Position numbers and translations under genes: made by a program. From contig CAUUHH010000002.1 of assembly GCA_963544995.1 (NCBI GenBank), positions 1 to 60,330 of the forward strand: a stretch of 60,330 nt of DNA, written 5' to 3'. Shown in pieces: positions 55,546 to 60,330 of this stretch (position 1 is its first letter; each line of letters starts with the position of its first letter). Origin of the DNA: an uncultured Alphaproteobacteria bacterium (lineage in GTDB: Bacteria > Pseudomonadota > Alphaproteobacteria > Rs-D84 > CACZYB01). The notes under the pieces are model-generated. The model searched no databases. It was given only the letters and a program-made list of their open reading frames with translations, and had not been told where the DNA came from.

Positions 55546-57351
55546 ATGACTAGTTTTAAAGATAATATAAGAAATTTTTCTATAGTAGCTCATATAGATC
55601 ATGGTAAATCTACTCTTGCAGACAGATTGATTCAAAAATGCGGTGCTGTCACTGATAGAGAGATGAAAGATCAAATACTTGATAATATGGATATAGAAAG
55701 AGAGCGAGGAATAACAATAAAATCCCAAACTTGCAGATTAAATTATAAAGCAAAAAATGGAAAAATCTATCAATTAAATTTAATTGATACACCAGGACAT
55801 GTTGATTTTTCCTATGAAGTATCAAGATCTCTTTCTGCATGTGAGGGAGCATTATTAGTGGTAGATTCTTCTCAAGGAGTTGAAGCGCAAACTCTTGCAA
55901 ATGCATATAAGGCAATAGATGCAAATTTACAAATAGAGTTAGTTTTAAATAAAATAGATTTACCAGCAGCAGATCCTGAAAGAATAAAAAAACAAGTAGA
56001 AGATGTTATAGGTATCGATGCATCAAATGCTATTTTAATATCTGCAAAAACAGGAATAGGAATAGATGAAGTCCTAGAAGCAATAGTCGAAAGATTACCG
56101 GCTCCTAAAAATACAGATGAAAAACCTTTAATATCTCTTATTATCGAAAGTTGGTATGATATATACCTTGGAGTAGTTATGCTTGTTAGAATAGTCGATG
56201 GTATAATTAAAAAAGGTGATGAAATTAAGATGATGTCTAATAACAATTGTTATAAGGCGGAACAAATTGGAGTATTTACACCAAAAATGCAATCAATGAC
56301 AGAACTCAAATCTGGAGAGGTAGGTTATATAATAAGCGGTGTTAAACAATTATCTGATTGCAGAGTAGGTGATACAATTACTTTAATAAATAATGGAGCT
56401 ATAGAACCTTTAAAAGGTTTTAAACCTTCTGTCCCTGTCGTATTTTCTTCAATATTTCCTGTTGATGCATCTGACTATCCATTACTTAAAGAAGCTGTTG
56501 CTAAATTAGAACTAAATGATGCTAGTTTTGTTTATGAAATAGAAAATTCTAGTGCTCTTGGTTTTGGATTCAGATGCGGATTCTTAGGTTTATTACATAT
56601 GGAAATAATAGAAGAAAGATTAGAAAGAGAATTTAATTTAGATATTATTACCACAGCGCCATCTGTTGCATATAAAATTCATTTAACTAATGGAGAAACG
56701 ATAACACTTACAACTCCTGCTGATATGCCTGATCCATCTAAAATACAAAGTATGGAAGAACCATTGGTTACTGCAACTATTATGACACCAGATGAATATC
56801 TAGGGGCAATTATAAAACTTTGTACTGATAGAAGAGGAATTCAACAAAATTTAACTTATGTCGGAAGTCGTGCAATGGTTGTATATAAAATTCCTTTAAA
56901 TGAAATAGTTTTTGATTTCTATGATAGATTAAAATCTATCAGCTCTGGTTATGCTAGTTTTGATTATGAACTTGCAAATTATGAAGAGGCAGAACTTGCA
57001 AAAGTTTCAATATTAATAAATGAAGAACCAGTAGAAGCATTATCGTTTATTGCCCATAAAACAGAAGTTGAAAAAAGGGGTAGAGCTATTTGTGAAAAAT
57101 TAAAAACTCTTATTCCACGACATATGTTTAAAATACCAATACAGGCAGCAATAGGAGGCAAAGTTATTGCAAGAGAAACCATATCTGCATTCCGCAAAGA
57201 TGTTCTTGCAAAATGTTATGGTGGAGATATCTCTAGAAAACGAAAATTATTGGATAAACAGAAAAAAGGTAAGAAAAAAATGAGAACGTTTGGTTCTGTA
57301 GAAATTCCTCAGGAAGCGTTTATAAAAGCTTTAAAAATAGATGATAATTAA
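55546..57351 (+). CDS. lepA: Elongation factor 4 (LepA)
   Basis: '[20 protein letters not shown]', 'DTPGHVDF', 'NKIDL', and the LepA C-terminal domain. ATG 55546, 8 nt after AGGA, is preferred over the track start 55504. Confidence 0.92.
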   Translation: MTSFKDNIRNFSIVAHIDHGKSTLADRLIQKCGAVTDREMKDQILDNMDIERERGITIKSQTCRLNYKAKNGKIYQLNLIDTPGHVDFSYEVSRSLSACEGALLVVDSSQGVEAQTLANAYKAIDANLQIELVLNKIDLPAADPERIKKQVEDVIGIDASNAILISAKTGIGIDEVLEAIVERLPAPKNTDEKPLISLIIESWYDIYLGVVMLVRIVDGIIKKGDEIKMMSNNNCYKAEQIGVFTPKMQSMTELKSGEVGYIISGVKQLSDCRVGDTITLINNGAIEPLKGFKPSVPVVFSSIFPVDASDYPLLKEAVAKLELNDASFVYEIENSSALGFGFRCGFLGLLHMEIIEERLEREFNLDIITTAPSVAYKIHLTNGETITLTTPADMPDPSKIQSMEEPLVTATIMTPDEYLGAIIKLCTDRRGIQQNLTYVGSRAMVVYKIPLNEIVFDFYDRLKSISSGYASFDYELANYEEAELAKVSILINEEPVEALSFIAHKTEVEKRGRAICEKLKTLIPRHMFKIPIQAAIGGKVIARETISAFRKDVLAKCYGGDISRKRKLLDKQKKGKKKMRTFGSVEIPQEAFIKALKIDDN

Positions 57352-57414
57352 GTTGAAAATCCAATCTTAGTTTTATAGACTTAAGAATAATTTAAATTGT
57401 AAATAGGTGCTGCA

Positions 57415-58182
57415 ATGGATAGTATATCTGCAAATCTTAATGTTTTAATAATGGCTTGTCAAAAAATTTCAAGATTTATTTTACATGATTTTGGAGAAAT
57501 AGAACAACTTCAATCTTCAGTAAGAGGAACAGATAGTTTTGTTTTATCATATTTAACAAGAATAGAAAGAGTTCTAACGGATGTTTTGTTGGATGTAAGG
57601 CCAAGATATGGAGTTATAAGCAGAAATTTTGAAAAAAAAGGTTTAGACATTGCTCACAAATTTATAATAAATATAACAGATGGAATAAATAATTTTAAAA
57701 GAGGAATTCCTTTTTTTACTATATCTATATCTCTTCAGGAACAAAAAAAAATAATAGCATCTATAATTTATATCCCAGCATTAGATAAAATATATTACGC
57801 AGAATTAGGTAATGGTTCATATATTTCAGAAGCAAGAATGGTAAGAAGAATTAGGGTTTCTCCAAAGAAAGATTTATCTAATTCTAGTATTGCAGAAGTT
57901 GGGTTATTTAAACATATATCTACTGCAAATATACTAAATTTTGGTTCTATTGGATTACCTTTGGCATACATTGCTTCTGGAACATTAGATGGTTATATAG
58001 GAATTAAACAGGATATATTTGATTTATCAGCAGGTGTTTTAATAATAAAAGAAGCTGGTGGTTTTATTTCTGCATACGATAGTAATAAAAAGGAAACAAA
58101 CGATATATTTTCGTCAGATATGATTATTTGTTCAAATAATTATTTACAAGAAGAAATCAAAGATTATATTATTAACAAGTAA
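57415..58182 (+). CDS. suhB: Inositol monophosphatase/SuhB-family protein with degenerate metal-binding motifs
   Basis: 255 aa. Family-wide alignment is recognisable ('FIINITDGINNF' vs 'W.IDP.DGT.NF'; 'FDLSAGVLIIKEAGG' vs 'WD.AAG'). Confidence 0.7.
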   Translation: MDSISANLNVLIMACQKISRFILHDFGEIEQLQSSVRGTDSFVLSYLTRIERVLTDVLLDVRPRYGVISRNFEKKGLDIAHKFIINITDGINNFKRGIPFFTISISLQEQKKIIASIIYIPALDKIYYAELGNGSYISEARMVRRIRVSPKKDLSNSSIAEVGLFKHISTANILNFGSIGLPLAYIASGTLDGYIGIKQDIFDLSAGVLIIKEAGGFISAYDSNKKETNDIFSSDMIICSNNYLQEEIKDYIINK

Positions 58183-58198
58183 ATCTCGGAGGAATAAT

Positions 58199-58918
58199 AT
58201 GAAAAAAATATTATTTTTATTTGTAAGTGTTATATCATTATTATCAGATGCTGTATTGGGTAAAAATTTTAAATTATTTGAAAAAATACAGTTGATAAAA
58301 CCAAAAAAAATTGAATATGAGATATTATTGGACAATAATTTAAAAGATAATACTAATAAAAGTCTTATTAATACAAATAAACAAATAAAACCAATAATCC
58401 TTGAATTAAAAAATGATATAAAAGAAGACAGCGTAAAAAAAGAAAATAAAAAATCAAGAACAGATAAAAATATAGATGAGGCTAAGAATTTATTAAAAAT
58501 AGCTGAAAATATAGCATCATCTGTGAAAAATATAGAAACAAAGACACAACCCCATATTGTTAATGACAAATTAGTCATTAATAAAAAATTTGATGCAGAA
58601 GATATAAATGCAGATATTAAAGGAATAGAGTATATATCAGATCTAAAAATAAATGATGTGAAAGATGGTATAGAACTAGAATTACTAGAAAAATATGGAA
58701 AGAAATTTATAGATAAACTTAAAAAAGATAGTTTTGCAATATTACAAATATTTTCATTCTATAGTGGTAATGATGATAGAAATACAGCGTTTTCAAGATT
58801 ATTAAATGTTAGAAAATATTTCCTTGATAAAAATATAGATACTTCAAAAATTATTATAAAGGTGAAAGAAATTCCTAATCAGAATAATAGTAATATTATT
58901 AGATTATATATTGAGTAA
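58199..58918 (+). CDS. Hypothetical secreted protein, possibly with a degenerate OmpA/MotB-like C-terminal domain
   Basis: 239 aa. Signal peptide 'ILFLFVSVISLLSDAVLG'. The C-terminus 'LQIFSFYSGNDDRNTAFSRLLNVRKYFLDKNIDTSKIIIK' loosely follows the OmpA-C pattern. RBS GGAGGA. Confidence 0.4.
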   Translation: MKKILFLFVSVISLLSDAVLGKNFKLFEKIQLIKPKKIEYEILLDNNLKDNTNKSLINTNKQIKPIILELKNDIKEDSVKKENKKSRTDKNIDEAKNLLKIAENIASSVKNIETKTQPHIVNDKLVINKKFDAEDINADIKGIEYISDLKINDVKDGIELELLEKYGKKFIDKLKKDSFAILQIFSFYSGNDDRNTAFSRLLNVRKYFLDKNIDTSKIIIKVKEIPNQNNSNIIRLYIE

Positions 58919-58948
58919 ATATATAATATATCATTATGTGAGGTTATT

Positions 58949-59920
58949 ATGAGTGATATGAAAGAATTAGTATCTAATGTTCTGGATAAAGAAGTAGAAG
59001 CAATAAACACATTAAAAGATAATTTTCCTTATAAAGAGTTTGATGAAGTTGTAAATTTTATTACAAAAAAATTAAAGGGTAAAATTGTTGTAACAGGTCT
59101 TGGTAAATCTGGTGATGTAGGGAAAAGACTTGCAACAACTTTAACATCAACAGGAACAACAGCTGTTTATCTTCACTGTGTAGAGGCATCACACGGTGAT
59201 ATGGGTATAATAAATGATAATGATATAGTAATAGCATTATCAAACAGTGGTGAAACAAAAGAAATGGCAGATGTGATAAGTTATACCAGACGATTTAATA
59301 TAAAATTAATATCAATTTGTTCTAATCCAGAAAGTGCCCTCGCAACAAGCGCAGATATAAATTTAATAATACCTAGTCTTCCGGAGGTTTGTTTGATAGG
59401 TAAAGCTCCAACTACATCAATAATTTTATTAACATCTATGGTAAATTTATTAATAGTTGCATTAGAAAAAACAAAAAAATTTACATCAGATATGTACAAA
59501 AATTGGCATCCACATGGAAAACTTGGTATTTCTCTTATAAAAGTATCTGAACTTATGCATACAGCTTCAGAAATACCATTGGTAAATAAAGAAGCAGATA
59601 TGACAAGAGTATTAGATGTTATGAGTAAGAAAATAAGATTCGGATGTGTCGGCGTTGTTGATGATGATAATAAACTTTGTGGAATATTCACAGATGGAGA
59701 TATAAGACATAAGTTAGTAGAAGGGGTGGATATAATTAATAAAAAAGTAAAAGATGTTATGAAAGAAAATCCTAAAACTATAGATGCATCTTCTCTTGCT
59801 TCAGCCGCTCTTTTAAAAATAAATGAGAATAATATACAAGTATTATTTGTTGTTGATGCAGATAATCATCCCGTTGGAGTAATATCATTCCACGATTTAT
59901 TAAGGGCAGGTATTGCATAA
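58949..59920 (+). CDS. kdsD: Arabinose-5-phosphate isomerase (KdsD/KpsF; SIS + tandem CBS)
   Basis: 323 aa. 'TGLGKSG', 'ALSNSGET', and C-terminal CBS pair. Confidence 0.9.
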   Translation: MSDMKELVSNVLDKEVEAINTLKDNFPYKEFDEVVNFITKKLKGKIVVTGLGKSGDVGKRLATTLTSTGTTAVYLHCVEASHGDMGIINDNDIVIALSNSGETKEMADVISYTRRFNIKLISICSNPESALATSADINLIIPSLPEVCLIGKAPTTSIILLTSMVNLLIVALEKTKKFTSDMYKNWHPHGKLGISLIKVSELMHTASEIPLVNKEADMTRVLDVMSKKIRFGCVGVVDDDNKLCGIFTDGDIRHKLVEGVDIINKKVKDVMKENPKTIDASSLASAALLKINENNIQVLFVVDADNHPVGVISFHDLLRAGIA

Positions 59921-59921
59921 T

Positions 59922-60330
59922 TGGATTTATATAAAACAATAAAAAAAATATTCTTAAAAATAAGAAGAAAATGTTATTTAAAAATAAAAAGAATTCGTGT
60001 TTTTTATAACAGCGTTTCTTTGCATAGTAGAATTATATTTTTATTAAAAATAGCAATTCCTAGTATCGTTGCAATAATAATTGGTATAATGATAGTACTT
60101 CCAGAATTAAATAATGACATTAAAAGAATAAAATTTTCATTTCCAAATTTAAATACTATAAAACAAATTTCTTTTGATATAGATAATGGTAGTTTCTATG
60201 GACAAAGTAAAAATGATATAATATTTTCTGTAAATATAAATAAAATAACAGAAAGTGTAAAAACCACAAAATTATTCAATATTTCAGGCAATATATTTTT
60301 TGCAAATAACAGAATATTATATTTTAAAAC
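59922..60330 (+). CDS. lptC: LptC-like membrane-anchored protein (5' part; runs off the window)
   Basis: Open frame from TTG 59922 to the window end. TM anchor 'IAIPSIVAIIIGIMIVL' followed by a beta-rich region. Position directly after kdsD matches the kdsD-lptC synteny. Start codon uncertain. Confidence 0.45.

Overview
This is a very AT-rich, tightly packed chromosomal window: intergenic gaps are short or zero, and several stops and starts overlap. It reads as the core genome of a reduced alphaproteobacterium, probably Rickettsiales- or Holosporales-like. Supporting features are a PopZ/DUF2497-like ORF, a TolA carrying the CWN..GA C-terminal pattern, thyX, and an M23-peptidase/bactofilin pair. 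I call about 60 protein genes and one tRNA-Ser(UGA). I saw no rRNA, CRISPR array, IS element or prophage.

The housekeeping content is pyrG, tgt, rluB-like, holA, lptE, aroK, birA, yidD-yidC-engB, leuS, an RND efflux pair, ftsY, miaA, tkt, rnhA, mrcA, murA, nrdR, comM, tolQ-tolR-tolA, M23 peptidase + bactofilin, rpiB, glyA, pgk, thyX, secG, a family-4 UDG, a DsbA-like protein, lepA, a suhB-like protein, kdsD and a partial lptC-like gene.

The only clearly accessory segment is a ~2.9 kb islet (about 34.2-37.1 kb) between nrdR and comM. It holds an EcoRI-methylase-like N6-adenine MTase whose stop codon directly abuts the start of a DUF262(ParB/Srx-like)-HNH nuclease, plus a divergently transcribed small serine recombinase. 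This is my best candidate for a non-canonical restriction/defence module.

Other points worth a second look:
- An in-frame TAA splits the conserved C-terminal domain of tolA.
- Four conserved enzymes have substitutions at canonical catalytic or ligand positions: histidine kinase His->Asn, alpha/beta-hydrolase Ser->Gly, degenerate SuhB metal ligands, and a degenerate BirA glycine-rich loop.
- Two large secreted Cys-rich proteins carry glycine-zipper-like segments, one with a eukaryote-like Cys-repeat module and one with an exact 18-bp tandem repeat.
- A locally GC-rich imperfect tandem-repeat tract lies inside a cytoplasmic protein of unknown function.
- There is a tandem pair of TM2-domain genes.
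- An untracked 55-codon ORF sits behind a near-consensus promoter upstream of secG.

All family assignments come from motif recognition by eye. No searches were run.
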